DNA from: Pseudobacteriovorax sp.
GTDB lineage: Bacteria > Bdellovibrionota_B > Oligoflexia > Oligoflexales > Oligoflexaceae
DNA length: 36,638 bases
Reading direction: 5' to 3'
Assembly (NCBI GenBank): GCA_050293845.1
Contig: JBNKNM010000036.1
Coordinates: 1 to 36,638, forward strand
Shown: positions 8,481 through 18,744 of the stretch, in pieces
How positions within the stretch are numbered: position 1 is the first letter of the stretch
How the letters are laid out: the number at the start of each line of letters is the position of its first letter
The notes under the pieces: generated by a model
The model's database searches: none
What the model saw: only the letters and a program-made list of their open reading frames with translations
Told to the model about the DNA's origin: nothing
Translations under genes and position numbers: made by a program

Positions 8481-9231
8481 CGCTATCTGGCTCCTTATTT
8501 GGAAATTGCCCAACTATTGCCGATAAAAAAACATTGATATCACCTGAATGCTTCATGTTTTTTATTCTCTTGTATACAAAATCCCTAACATCATGATTAA
8601 GCTGCATAAGCTCGTCCATTGTGCAGGCTAACGTAAAATTAAGCAATGATGCTGATTTGTTTTCTAAGCTTTGTTCGTCACAGTGAATCATTTGGTGTTC
8701 AATACATGTCTTAATGGCTTGTTCAGGTAGATTGAAATCGTCGACAAAAAATAATCCGGTGTCATTTTTTGTCGCTATTTCCGCTTGTATGAGATCTTCT
8801 AAGCAGAGTAATCCCCTTACGCCGTAAAGTGTATTAATTTGCTCTTTAGAATAAGGGCGATTTGCTAAAATGGTGATTATTTCATAGGTAAATGGACAGA
8901 TAATGAAGTCTTCAATTTTTCTTCCCCGTACAATCATATCTAGACCTTTTTTGTGTACAGGTTCTTTGTTAAAAATGTCTGCTATATAATCGGCGTCACC
9001 AAGAGCGCCCTTGCTGAATCTGGAAAGGTGTTCTTCATCAGCATCTATTGCTATCAATATTTTAACTATATTAGCGAAAAGTGGAGATTTGGTAATTCCC
9101 TTCGCGATATTTGAGACAGTTTTGTAGTTTAGTCCTGTTTTATCAGATAGTCTGTAAATCGTGTTTTGCTTCTTTTTACACCACTCTTCAATTAGGGTTC
9201 GTAGCAGAGTGAAATCGTCATCTATTACCAT
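8473..9231 (-). CDS. XRE-type HTH regulator with a large C-terminal domain (candidate repressor)
   Basis: HTH TIYRLSDKTGLNYKTVSNIAKG; second wHTH-like segment YSKEQINTLYGVRGLLCLEDL; divergent from the lysis/late genes; SD GGAG before ATG 9231. Confidence 0.7.
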   Translation of the reverse strand: MVIDDDFTLLRTLIEEWCKKKQNTIYRLSDKTGLNYKTVSNIAKGITKSPLFANIVKILIAIDADEEHLSRFSKGALGDADYIADIFNKEPVHKKGLDMIVRGRKIEDFIICPFTYEIITILANRPYSKEQINTLYGVRGLLCLEDLIQAEIATKNDTGLFFVDDFNLPEQAIKTCIEHQMIHCDEQSLENKSASLLNFTLACTMDELMQLNHDVRDFVYKRIKNMKHSGDINVFLSAIVGQFPNKEPDSDD

Positions 9232-9428
9232 CGAAGTCTCCAATTTGTATGCGCGAATACAATATGTTGTATTCTCGACTACCAAAATCCTTACTTGTAA
9301 GGTTTTAGCCTGACGTTTGATAAAAAATCGCTCATAATCCCACTATGAATAAAGCGAAGCACTATAGTAATAAAATCTTTTAACATGATAGTGCTCGCAG
9401 TGAAAATAAAATTTGATCATTGTGAAAA

Positions 9429-9887
9429 ATGGGTAAAATCATGCTTGATTTAGCTCTATCTGAAATTGGAACTAAGGAGTTTGTTGGTAAAGAAGATAAT
9501 CCCAAAGTTCTTAAATTTTCTAAAGAAACAGGTCTAGATTGGGTAAAGTCAGAAGAGACAAGTTGGTGTGCCATATTCATATACTGGTGTGTCATGAAAT
9601 CCTCAAATGCAGCTATTGAATTAGATCGTCCGTCAAAATCTCGTGCTGCAACCGCTAGAGCCTGGTTACAGTGCGGACTTCCGGTAGAAATAGGAAAACA
9701 AAGACTAGGGGATATTGCGATTTTCTGGAGAGAAAGTCCCGAATCTTGGAAAGGTCATATAGGCATATATATAAACGATGTCCCTGGTAAAGCGGGGTTT
9801 GTGAATATTCTAGGTGGAAATCAGGGAGATAGTGTCTGCATTAAAGAATTTTCGCTTGATCGTCTTCTGGGCTTTCGGCGACTTTAA
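9429..9887 (+). CDS. Endolysin, TIGR02594-type NlpC/P60-CHAP peptidoglycan hydrolase
   Basis: ETSWCAIF (catalytic Cys), GHIG (His), LGGNQ motifs. Confidence 0.88.
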   Translation: MGKIMLDLALSEIGTKEFVGKEDNPKVLKFSKETGLDWVKSEETSWCAIFIYWCVMKSSNAAIELDRPSKSRAATARAWLQCGLPVEIGKQRLGDIAIFWRESPESWKGHIGIYINDVPGKAGFVNILGGNQGDSVCIKEFSLDRLLGFRRL

Positions 9888-10000
9888 CACTGTGCTACGC
9901 CTTGTTCTTTTTTGCAGGAAATTTTTTTTAACTGAAGAAGGGAGGTGTTATACGAGGGAAGTATAAACAGTTTTCCAATGATTACATTTATTCTCGTTTC

Positions 10001-10053
10001 GCTTTAGGGGTGTGTAATTGAGCCAATACAGTTAAAACCCCCTGAAGCTTTTT
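10001..10053 (+). terminator. Probable intrinsic terminator between endolysin and portal
   Basis: GCTTTAGGGG pairs with CCCCTGAAGC, inner stem TAATTG/CAGTTA, followed by five T. Confidence 0.5.
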
Positions 10054-10161
10054 AACTAAGTCTAATGAATGGTGATCTATCATCTCGGTTGATCGAAAAG
10101 GCTTTTAGCCAATAAAGAGAAAATAATTTAGATTGTTCTATCGTCCCGCTTGGAAGGGTCT

Positions 10162-11406
10162 ATGAGTTCTTTTGCCGAAAAACAAAATCTTGCAGAAAGC
10201 ACAAAGAATCTAGGTGCAATAAAGACTCTATTTGATTCGATATCAAAAGCCAATGCTCCAAAAAAATTAGAAAACAATGAAAATATAGATCCGCATAAGT
10301 TGTTCAAGGAAAACGATTTCGCTAAAAAAATTGTTTCATCGATCCTTGATGATTCGTTGAAAAACGGAATTATATTTGAAGAAGATAATGAAGAAAATCA
10401 AAATAAAATCAGCGAGCTTGGGTTGTTAGAAAAAATATATGAAGCCGGTATAAATGGAAATGTTGATGGTGGTTGTGTACTCCTTCTAGTGACTGATAGG
10501 ACTGAAAGTCTAGGCTCGCTTTCACGAGAGATGGGCGAAAATGAAAAGATAATTTCGCTAAATATTCTTATGAAAGATGAATTTGAAAGTATAGAGGTTA
10601 ATGGTGACATATACTCGAATTCCTATTATAAGCCAGAGTACTATAACTATAAAAATAAAGAAGCCAAAGTTAAAATACATCACTCAAGGGTCATTGTTTT
10701 TAATGGTCGCAAGTTAACTAAAAAAGAATATGAAGCCAATAAATATTGGCATGAATCCATGCTATCTAAAGAAATAATTAAGTCTGTGCAGGCTGCGAGT
10801 AGAGCTAACGAAGCTATTTCAGAAGCGATAGAAAAATTAAAAAAAGAGGTTCTTACCCTATCTTCATTTTTCGACTTGATGCTTTCAAGTGACTTAGGGT
10901 TCTCAGAGATTGAAAATACAGTAAAAAAGATATTTGAGAATATTGATAACAAGAACCGCGTAGTACTAGACTCAGATTCGACATTAACAACTCTTGGCGT
11001 TAGTTTATCAGGCTATGGCGATGTTTTCGACAAGATACTTGAATATTTGTGCGCTTTGACAGATTTACCAAGGCAGAAATTACTAGCCGCGCCTTCAGGG
11101 TCTTCAATTTCAGAGAATGCGCAAGGGGATCAGGAATTATACTACGACCGTGTATATACTTATCAGACGCGGATATTAAGACCGATCATTGTAAAAATAT
11201 TAAAGCATCTTGAAATTAAAAATCCAAATTTTAGCTTTCAGAGCCTTTTTCAAAAGACCGATTTAGATCGGGCTGAAGAGAGTAACAAGGCTGTAGAATT
11301 TGAAGAGAGGGTAGTTGATGTTGCTATGAAAATTAACCAGCTAACGAGTGGTAATAAGGGTATCGAATTTTGGGAAAAAAATACTAAGATGGTGATCAGT
11401 AAATGA
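10162..11406 (+). CDS. Portal protein, DUF1073-like
   Basis: YYKPEYY, IHHSRVIVFNG, YYDRV..YQ...LRP motifs; first gene of the head module. Confidence 0.82.
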   Translation: MSSFAEKQNLAESTKNLGAIKTLFDSISKANAPKKLENNENIDPHKLFKENDFAKKIVSSILDDSLKNGIIFEEDNEENQNKISELGLLEKIYEAGINGNVDGGCVLLLVTDRTESLGSLSREMGENEKIISLNILMKDEFESIEVNGDIYSNSYYKPEYYNYKNKEAKVKIHHSRVIVFNGRKLTKKEYEANKYWHESMLSKEIIKSVQAASRANEAISEAIEKLKKEVLTLSSFFDLMLSSDLGFSEIENTVKKIFENIDNKNRVVLDSDSTLTTLGVSLSGYGDVFDKILEYLCALTDLPRQKLLAAPSGSSISENAQGDQELYYDRVYTYQTRILRPIIVKILKHLEIKNPNFSFQSLFQKTDLDRAEESNKAVEFEERVVDVAMKINQLTSGNKGIEFWEKNTKMVISK

Positions 11407-12539
11407 TTTATGCAGATTTTAACGAAACATTGAAGGTCACAGGCTGGGAAGAAGACGAAAAAGGTTATTTGATTTGTGGCGTGATCTTCGCAAGGGAATG
11501 TGTTTTACCTTACATAAACGAGTATGGCGAAATAGTTTTTCACTATAGAGATAGCACTATATTCGAAAAAGAATTTGTTGATAGTGTTGTAAAATGTGTT
11601 GGAACATATGAGCATCCATTAGATTTTTATGGTGAGAAAGAAGGGCTTTCCTCGGAGAATACTAGATATAATCAAGTTTCTCATCCATTTCTAGAGAAGC
11701 CTGTAAAAAAAGAAATTGATGGCTCAAACTGTCTTGTTGGTAAAGTTATTGTTACAGACGAAGACACAAAAAGAAGTATAAAAAAAGGTGAACTCAACCA
11801 AATATCCCCAGGGATGCAGGTTATAGAGGTTCCAGAAGAGGGTGAATTTAACGGGCAGAAATACTCAATAAGACAAAAGGCGGTTTCAATGAACCATTAT
11901 GCGCATACTAGAGGTGGGAGAGATGGCAATGGCACTAGGCTATTGTTTGACGATGGGAGCGATGTTTTTAAGGTTGTAGAAATCAGAGGTGAAAAAGTAA
12001 GAGTCCATAAGGATGATGCTGAAAAGGTCCAAGCTTCAGTGAAGCTTGTAACTGATTCACTTACTGACTCAGAAGAGAAGATTAAGACGCTAAGAGAAAC
12101 CAAGAAGCTTGCAGAAAAAGATCTTGAAGTAGCACAAACCAAGTTAGAAGCAACAGAGTTAGCTATCAACGAACTTAAAAAAGCGTCTCTTTCAGAGGAA
12201 GAAATAAACAAAAAAGCAATAGAAAAAGCCAAAGAGTGGTCAGACGTTGTAGAAAAAGCAACAGGCGTCCTAAGTGATAAAGAGATAATGGTTTATGATA
12301 GTGCTCTTGATGCTGTGGGTGTGATGCGTGATTTTATTAAGAAGAAAGTTGGTGAACGTTATAACGAAAAAGATTACGAAAAGTCGGAATCGGTTAAACT
12401 GGTGTTTGACTCTCTCTATAGTATTAGTCCTAGTTCAAAAAATAGCGTAAAAAAGGTTTTTGAGCCTAAGAAAAGTAGTGAAATAGAGAAAAATGAGCCT
12501 AAGAAAAGAACATATAAGTTACCAAATTTAGCGGATTAA
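11403..12539 (+). CDS. Head maturation protease/scaffold, DUF2213-like
   Basis: KGYLIC..IFAR, TYEHP, ISPG, NHYA...GRDG motifs; coiled-coil C-terminus. Confidence 0.8.
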   Translation: MIYADFNETLKVTGWEEDEKGYLICGVIFARECVLPYINEYGEIVFHYRDSTIFEKEFVDSVVKCVGTYEHPLDFYGEKEGLSSENTRYNQVSHPFLEKPVKKEIDGSNCLVGKVIVTDEDTKRSIKKGELNQISPGMQVIEVPEEGEFNGQKYSIRQKAVSMNHYAHTRGGRDGNGTRLLFDDGSDVFKVVEIRGEKVRVHKDDAEKVQASVKLVTDSLTDSEEKIKTLRETKKLAEKDLEVAQTKLEATELAINELKKASLSEEEINKKAIEKAKEWSDVVEKATGVLSDKEIMVYDSALDAVGVMRDFIKKKVGERYNEKDYEKSESVKLVFDSLYSISPSSKNSVKKVFEPKKSSEIEKNEPKKRTYKLPNLAD

Positions 12540-12553
12540 GGAAGAGGTGTGAT

Positions 12554-13027
12554 TTGACTTTAGTGTATACGGGGGATATTGCCCCAGGTAGGCCGGGGAA
12601 GGAAGTTAGTTCGGTTGGTTTAGAATTGTACGGTGGGTTTACTGGGGATGTAGAAGTTGATTACGGTAGTGCTGTGATTATTTCAAGCGGAAAAATAATT
12701 AATCCAAGTATTTCAACAGATATAGTTGCAGGTGTTCTTTATGCATCAACCGTAGATCCATTAGGAGTTAGAGCGGAAAGGGCGTGTGATTATGCGGTTA
12801 AAGGGCTTTTGTGGGTTCGAATTGAAAAGGAAGTGCAAAAGAATGATCCTGTATACGTCAGGTTTAAGAGCTATCAAGGGAAGAAGAGGGGTACATTTAC
12901 AAACAATTCCGAAGTGGTGGTAATTGGTGGTGTGGAGGTAGAACACGCTTTTAGGCTAGTAGGTAAAGTGTATCAATCTGATACTTATTCATATGCTGAT
13001 GGAATTATAGCTCAGGTGAGGTTTTAA
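12554..13027 (+). CDS. Head decoration/cement protein
   Basis: KGLLWV...NDPVYVRF motif; position between scaffold and capsid; TTG start with SD GAGGTG. Confidence 0.7.
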   Translation: MTLVYTGDIAPGRPGKEVSSVGLELYGGFTGDVEVDYGSAVIISSGKIINPSISTDIVAGVLYASTVDPLGVRAERACDYAVKGLLWVRIEKEVQKNDPVYVRFKSYQGKKRGTFTNNSEVVVIGGVEVEHAFRLVGKVYQSDTYSYADGIIAQVRF

Positions 13028-13920
13028 TGGATCATATTGCTGAAGGTATTATAAGGCGGTGGATGAATGAAGTTACTGTAAATTACGACCCGCCAGCAAA
13101 TATTGAACATCGTGCTACTCTTGACATGTATAAAGTTAAAGAAGGTCAAGAAAATATTAAGTTTCCCACTATAACGGGTATTGGGCAGTTTAAATTAACG
13201 ACGGGTCGGTCTAAAGATTTACCAAGTACAAGCATATATTTAAAAGAAGAAAAAGCAAAAGTATATCAGTATTCAGCTACTATTACGTTTTACGATAAAG
13301 ATAAAAAACAGTACGGTGAGGTCATCAAATATAATGATGATGATATAACCAATGCTGAGAGCACTTGGTATCGTACCGAGTCGCATTTGTTTTGGACAGG
13401 ATTGCCAGAGAATAATATTCAGGGTCTTTCAAAGGCAAAAAATATTATTAGAGTTTTTCCAAAAGTTACAGCGCCATTTGACACATCGTCAGACGATTTT
13501 CCAAGGCAGCTACTTGATAGTATTAATGCTTTAATCTTGGGTCCATCAAGCGCAGTGAAGGGAAGCGATCCAGTGGATACGCTTTACCTGTCTAGAACCT
13601 TGTCGATCTTTGCTCAGCGTTTGCGATTAAAGTATGGTGAATCAAGTGTAACCGTGCTCGACCAGATTAAAAAAGAGAATAAAAAACTTAAAAATATATA
13701 TGAAGTGTATCACCTAGGGCGTGATTATCATGGTGGTCCTGAGCAAGCTATAGCTTGTTCAAGTGACAAAACTAATCTTCAATGTACCGGAATGGAAGAA
13801 ATGATTTACGGTAAATTTGTGCCAACGGTTGTTGGTGTAGATGTGGCAGCGAGTAACTATACAGCGGGACCGCTTATCAGAAGAACGACGTCAGTAGCAG
13901 TCATGGAGTTTGATATATGA
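13027..13920 (+). CDS. Major capsid protein (DUF2184-like, divergent)
   Basis: Size and position; LFWTG....IQGL, PVDTLYL, C-terminal TAGPLIRR...V pattern. Confidence 0.72.
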   Translation: MDHIAEGIIRRWMNEVTVNYDPPANIEHRATLDMYKVKEGQENIKFPTITGIGQFKLTTGRSKDLPSTSIYLKEEKAKVYQYSATITFYDKDKKQYGEVIKYNDDDITNAESTWYRTESHLFWTGLPENNIQGLSKAKNIIRVFPKVTAPFDTSSDDFPRQLLDSINALILGPSSAVKGSDPVDTLYLSRTLSIFAQRLRLKYGESSVTVLDQIKKENKKLKNIYEVYHLGRDYHGGPEQAIACSSDKTNLQCTGMEEMIYGKFVPTVVGVDVAASNYTAGPLIRRTTSVAVMEFDI

Positions 13921-14501
13921 CGAGAATTTCAGTTACATATAAGAATCCCAAGCATGACGGTATGCTTAGTTTACCTATAAGTGTCGCAAGAAATGTTCTT
14001 GTAAAAACTGGAACTCATCTTATGGAGTTGTCAGAGTGGGAAATAATTAAGAATTATTACTATGTAAAAAGAGATCTAATTGATAAAAATTATTTAACAG
14101 CGGATGAAACGGTAACGCAAGCATCGCTAACCAATGTTGGAATTAACGAAAATTCATCATTAACAGAAGTTCTTTCATATGTACGTGATACATCGGACGA
14201 GACATTGTTAAGAACTATGCGCGATAAAGAGTATTCAGGTCAGAGTAGAAAAGAAGTGTTGGAAGCTATTAATATACAGCTTCAGATACTCGACGACACA
14301 AATAGAGATCCAGAAGCGGACAGAGTGTTTGATGGTTCTGTCATAGATCTTAATGACAACGCTTATACTTTAGATGAAAAAATAAACAAAATTAACGACC
14401 GTGACTACTTAATACGACTTCATAAAGAAGAGGGGAACGGCGCAAACCGTAAGACTGTAAAAAAATACATTGAAAAAAGACTTGGCGAATTAGGTAAGTA
14501 A
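13917..14501 (+). CDS. Hypothetical virion-associated protein with two short helical repeats
   Basis: Internal repeat E.SGQSRKEVLEAI / E.NGANRKTVKKYI; overlaps the capsid stop. Confidence 0.65.
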   Translation: MTRISVTYKNPKHDGMLSLPISVARNVLVKTGTHLMELSEWEIIKNYYYVKRDLIDKNYLTADETVTQASLTNVGINENSSLTEVLSYVRDTSDETLLRTMRDKEYSGQSRKEVLEAINIQLQILDDTNRDPEADRVFDGSVIDLNDNAYTLDEKINKINDRDYLIRLHKEEGNGANRKTVKKYIEKRLGELGK

Positions 14502-14502
14502 A

Positions 14503-14724
14503 ATGCTAATGATTAAGTACTACTCAGACAGCAATAAAACGGTGATAGAGTACTATACAGAGAATGGTGGTGCTGAAGTGTCGCTGCGAGGTTGTAATAG
14601 TTTGAGTATTGCAAGAGTTATAAATGAGTTAAATGTGGTAGATGGTGAAAGATTTTGTGATGTTCCAGTTGTCGTTAGTAAGCAGCTAGAAAGGTTTTTC
14701 GGATTCGAAAGCATGGTGATGTGA
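14503..14724 (+). CDS. Hypothetical protein
   Basis: Tightly packed in the operon. Confidence 0.55.
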   Translation: MLMIKYYSDSNKTVIEYYTENGGAEVSLRGCNSLSIARVINELNVVDGERFCDVPVVVSKQLERFFGFESMVM

Positions 14725-15053
14725 TGGAATATGATAAATTCAAGAAAATTTTCACTCGAATCAATATAGAAGAAGACGAGTTCAATATAGTAAGGGACAT
14801 GTCTATAAATTTACTATCTAGGGCATTAAGGGTTCTAGGTGAAAATGGAGATTATGCACTTGGTCTTATGATCGCTCATAAGTGGACAGTGATTAACTCA
14901 TATAGTGATGTGGTAGGGGCAAAAAGCAGCGAGTCAAATAATGGTATGCAAGTGTCATCTAATGGGGCTTCGTCAAAAAGTGAATTTGCATCCACAAAAT
15001 ATGGTAATGAGTTAATAGGTATTCTTAAGTCTATAGGTATGATCAGATGTTGA
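14721..15053 (+). CDS. Head-tail adaptor, DUF4054-like
   Basis: LMIAH and STKYGNEL motifs; synteny. Confidence 0.7.
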   Translation: MMEYDKFKKIFTRINIEEDEFNIVRDMSINLLSRALRVLGENGDYALGLMIAHKWTVINSYSDVVGAKSSESNNGMQVSSNGASSKSEFASTKYGNELIGILKSIGMIRC

Positions 15054-15529
15054 AGATGGATGATAGGACTAATCGAAGGATTGAAAATCTTATTGAAGAG
15101 CTTGAAATTCTATCAAGATATGTCGTCAAAATCGGGCTTGACCAAAGCAGTATGAACCGTCCTAAAGAAAATAGCCCTGAAATAAGTTTAGGTGAAGTTG
15201 CTATAGGTATTGAATTTGGGACATCACGACAACCTGAACGATCATATATTAGAGCTGCTATAGACTCTAATAGGTCATCTATTGAGAGGATGATTATGAT
15301 TACGATTGATCAAGTGTATAATGGTAGAATGTCAGCGAAAGAGTGTTTGAATAGAATCGGCGAATATGTTTTAAAGGTCATAAAATCGCATATTGCAAAT
15401 ATAAAGAGTCCTTCTTTGTCTAAAGTAACTATTGAGAATAGGAGAAGGCGCGGAAATTATTCCCTACTTCTTTTACAGGACACGAAGCAGCTTATAAATA
15501 ATTTAAAATACTGGGTGGAGGTGCGTTAG
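15047..15529 (+). CDS. Neck/tail completion protein
   Basis: EFGT..QPERSYIR, LS..TI..R, L.DT.QL motifs. Confidence 0.72.
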   Translation: MLKMDDRTNRRIENLIEELEILSRYVVKIGLDQSSMNRPKENSPEISLGEVAIGIEFGTSRQPERSYIRAAIDSNRSSIERMIMITIDQVYNGRMSAKECLNRIGEYVLKVIKSHIANIKSPSLSKVTIENRRRRGNYSLLLLQDTKQLINNLKYWVEVR

Positions 15530-15837
15530 TGTTAGGGGTTAAGAGATTTGCGTACTATAAAAATAGTTCAGTAAGAGAAGGTAACAGGTTTGTTTCAAGG
15601 CCGTCAGAATTATATTATTTTAGCGGTAGCATAAAGAGAAACATTAGTTCACCGCAGTTGAAAAAGATGAAAACAGGACAAAAAAAATCAGTGGTTGTAG
15701 AGGTGCGATCATTTGATGTGAGGTTAAGAGAAGATTATATAGTTATTATGGATGGTGAAAAATATAGAGTCGTGGCATACGTGGACATGGTTGATGGTCC
15801 ATTGCCGCAAACAATAGCATTAGCGGAGGGAATATAA
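15529..15837 (+). CDS. Head closure/head-tail joining protein
   Basis: D.IVIMDGEKYRV beta pattern; synteny. Confidence 0.55.
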   Translation: MLGVKRFAYYKNSSVREGNRFVSRPSELYYFSGSIKRNISSPQLKKMKTGQKKSVVVEVRSFDVRLREDYIVIMDGEKYRVVAYVDMVDGPLPQTIALAEGI

Positions 15838-16059
15838 ATGGGAGGATTTACACATATAAGATATAGAACGCGTCCCAAGTATGTTAGTGCCATGCGTTGG
15901 GATGGTAAGAATGTTAGGAGGATTAATCAGTTTTTAGAGATGTTCGGTAAGACGTTAGATCTATCAAGTATAAAAGATGGTGTTTATTTAGTTGTTGATG
16001 ATGACGGTTTACGGGTAGAAGGCGAATATGATTTCGATAAGAAGTATGTACTATGCTAA
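15838..16059 (+). CDS. Hypothetical phage protein
   Basis: YRTRP..V.A.RWDG.N and F.KKY pattern seen in small phage proteins; SD GGAGG. Confidence 0.6.
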   Translation: MGGFTHIRYRTRPKYVSAMRWDGKNVRRINQFLEMFGKTLDLSSIKDGVYLVVDDDGLRVEGEYDFDKKYVLC

Positions 16060-16475
16060 GTCACTTAGAAAACACATTATGCGATTATGTGAAGTTATGC
16101 CTAGGTCAAGATTGGGAAGCAATTAAAACTACTGATAGACTGGATCTAGGAGAGATTAGCTTTTTAAAATGGGTAGAGCTAAACTTTAAAACTATTGATC
16201 AACAGTATTTCGATGATATGGGGGATGGTGAAAGGGAAATATGGGTGTATTTTACAGTCTATGTGAAAGTAGATATACCAATCGATTTTCCTGACAATTT
16301 ATGTCTCGAAGCTGCCGACGAGCTTAAATCTGGTTTTAACGATACCAAAAGGGTATGGCTTAATAGTAGGGGGTATACTTTATTAGAGGCAACCGCTGTG
16401 TTTAATCTCGGAGATGACAGTAGGTATTATAGGGCCAATTTTGACGCCAGATTTAAGCTTGGATTTAAAAGATAA
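16053..16475 (+). CDS. Tail terminator-like protein
   Basis: Position just before the sheath; C-terminal RANFD..F. Confidence 0.55.
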   Translation: MLSHLENTLCDYVKLCLGQDWEAIKTTDRLDLGEISFLKWVELNFKTIDQQYFDDMGDGEREIWVYFTVYVKVDIPIDFPDNLCLEAADELKSGFNDTKRVWLNSRGYTLLEATAVFNLGDDSRYYRANFDARFKLGFKR

Positions 16476-16486
16476 GGGGAGACTTA

Positions 16487-17854
16487 ATGCCACTTGTTAG
16501 TGACTATATAAATGTAAATATGATTGTTGAAGGGGCTAAGGCTCAGCAGGTAGGGACATCTACAATATTAGTTTTTGACCCAAATGTATCTTTTACAGAC
16601 GGTAGATATTATAGCATTTATTCAAAAGCGGATGGAATGCTAGAAGATTATACTATAAGGGTTAATGGTTCCTATATAAACCCGTCTAGTGAAGTTTATA
16701 AAGCCGCCAGCAAGCTAACTAAGTTAAGGACATTTTATGTGGGTGGTGGTATACCAGATGCATCTAATGCCATCAACCAAGCGTTTATATTTTCACTTAA
16801 TACTGACCAAGAAGTGGTGCATAAACCATATAAAATTAAGATTTTGTTTAAACTCAATGAAAGTGAAACAGAAGAAAAAACTATATTATATGCTCCAGAT
16901 AGTAAGCCTGATAACTTCGAAGATGTGTTCAATGGTATTAAAAGTAAGCTAGAAGCATCTGAGTATGGTAATTTATTCTTTTTTATAAGTGATAGCAATG
17001 GATTTACCATAGAAGCAAGGCTGAATACTTTTGCAGTAGCTAGTATGGTTTCAGAGGATTTTATCGTTACTGAAAGAAAAAGAGTAGAAGGTAATAGCAT
17101 CTCTAGGCGATTAACTTCTATATATGAAAGGTCGCCATTTTCTGCATTAATTACCACAGAAAGAAATATAGAAACTATTAACGAGATAGCGTTGTGGTGT
17201 GGCTGGGATGTTCTTTTTTGTGTTTCGGGTAAGGATGAAAATGATTTGCATCCGCAAAATCCAGGTGTCGGTGGGTCGCTAACAGGGAAATATTCTAGCA
17301 CGATGTATATAACTTATAGTAAGTACGAGGGTTATATTGAAGCAAGTCTATTTAATGAAAAATTACCAACACCTCCAGGACAAACGCAGTGGAACTATAC
17401 GTCAATGGAAGGTGTAGATACGGACGAGATCAGCACTAGCGAACTTGAAATAGCTAGGAAGAAAAATATCAATGTCTACACAAAGACGGCTGGCTTGCAC
17501 ATGCTTAATGATGGTGTGTCAACTATAGGACAGGCATTTGATGACGTTAGGGGTACGGCATGGGCTAAAGGCTATATTGCAACAAGGCTGCTTAATCTGT
17601 TCGCTAGTCCATTGCCTGAGGATAAAATACATTTTGATCCAGATGGGTATTCGAGGCTTTTGATCGAGTTGGAGGATATTGCTTTGGAGCTAACTAGATA
17701 CGTATATAGAGCTATTGATTGGAATATGCCGGACCTAGAAACATTTATGTCATTGAGTGATATGAGTAGGGTTCTTAGGTTTATAAATGAAAGCACTGGA
17801 ATATATAAGAATAAAGCCGAGCGGGCAAATTTAACATTTATATCGAGGTACTAG
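16487..17854 (+). CDS. Tail sheath protein, DUF3383-like
   Basis: N-terminal VSDYINV; PG..QW....GV; NINVY; G..FDDVRG..W; I.FD.DG motifs. Confidence 0.82.
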   Translation: MPLVSDYINVNMIVEGAKAQQVGTSTILVFDPNVSFTDGRYYSIYSKADGMLEDYTIRVNGSYINPSSEVYKAASKLTKLRTFYVGGGIPDASNAINQAFIFSLNTDQEVVHKPYKIKILFKLNESETEEKTILYAPDSKPDNFEDVFNGIKSKLEASEYGNLFFFISDSNGFTIEARLNTFAVASMVSEDFIVTERKRVEGNSISRRLTSIYERSPFSALITTERNIETINEIALWCGWDVLFCVSGKDENDLHPQNPGVGGSLTGKYSSTMYITYSKYEGYIEASLFNEKLPTPPGQTQWNYTSMEGVDTDEISTSELEIARKKNINVYTKTAGLHMLNDGVSTIGQAFDDVRGTAWAKGYIATRLLNLFASPLPEDKIHFDPDGYSRLLIELEDIALELTRYVYRAIDWNMPDLETFMSLSDMSRVLRFINESTGIYKNKAERANLTFISRY

Positions 17855-17858
17855 TTAT

Positions 17859-18290
17859 ATGATGCGAAAACGAATTGGGGTGGACCCTGCTAGTAACAAG
17901 ATATACTGGGGTGTGCATAGGGTGATGGGTTTCGCTCAGGATAGCCTTGTTGATATCGCGTACCGCGAAGCAAAAAGAGAGTACAAGCAAAGTCCAATGG
18001 GCGAAATATGGTCAGAGGGTAAGAAAAGTGTAATTGTCGATGTGACTATTATGTTGCGACATAATAGTTCATCAAATCCCTTTTTTGACAGAATGGACAA
18101 GGCAGATATGGAAGGCCCGCTTCGTGTGGTCCATGAAAGGCATGGGGTAATATTTACTGGTATTTTAGGAATTACCTTTAGTCCTGGGTGGAAAATGGGG
18201 GTTAGAATGGATGATGTTAAATGGATGATGTCAGGCGGTGGAGTTATAATTCAGACAGGAGATGAAGCGAGTGAATACATCATATCATAA
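17859..18290 (+). CDS. Tail tube protein
   Basis: DP....I, GFAQDS.V.I, TI.L...S.SN motifs; follows the sheath. Confidence 0.75.
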   Translation: MMRKRIGVDPASNKIYWGVHRVMGFAQDSLVDIAYREAKREYKQSPMGEIWSEGKKSVIVDVTIMLRHNSSSNPFFDRMDKADMEGPLRVVHERHGVIFTGILGITFSPGWKMGVRMDDVKWMMSGGGVIIQTGDEASEYIIS

Positions 18291-18744
18291 TGTCAATGTT
18301 AAAAAAAGAGGTAGGGAGGTCATCGAGGTTGATGGCGTTAAGTATACTTTCTGTCAGCTCGCAACAACTGAAGGTCTAAGGGTAGGTCTAAAGCTTAAAA
18401 AGTCTTTTATGAAGCCACTTGTGCAAATAATACCAGGTGTAGCAGAGGCTGATGTCGGTGGTGGTTCAACTAAGGAGATTGCTGATAAAATATCACAATT
18501 TCTAGTTGAAAATAATAAGGTGGCCATTGTCCTATCATGGCTTGAGCAATTTGATTCTGTTATTGATTATGTAGAAATACTTATGAAGTCTGTTAGAGAT
18601 GAGAATGGCGAGGTAATAGAATATGATGAATATTGGAGTATCAACTCACACTATTTGAATGTTCTTATAGCCGCATATACACATAATTTTAGAGAGTTTT
18701 TTTTTCTGACTATCAGCCTTATTCTCCAAAAACTGGCAGTATAA
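18262..18744 (+). CDS. Tail assembly chaperone
   Basis: Between tube and tape measure; ends NF..FF at a T9 run. Confidence 0.7.
   Translation: MKRVNTSYHNVNVKKRGREVIEVDGVKYTFCQLATTEGLRVGLKLKKSFMKPLVQIIPGVAEADVGGGSTKEIADKISQFLVENNKVAIVLSWLEQFDSVIDYVEILMKSVRDENGEVIEYDEYWSINSHYLNVLIAAYTHNFREFFFLTISLILQKLAV

Noticed and set aside
8181..9231. Arbitrium AimR/AimP system
   Set aside because: No TPR pattern in the regulator and the secreted protein is much longer than AimP; kept only as a loose analogy
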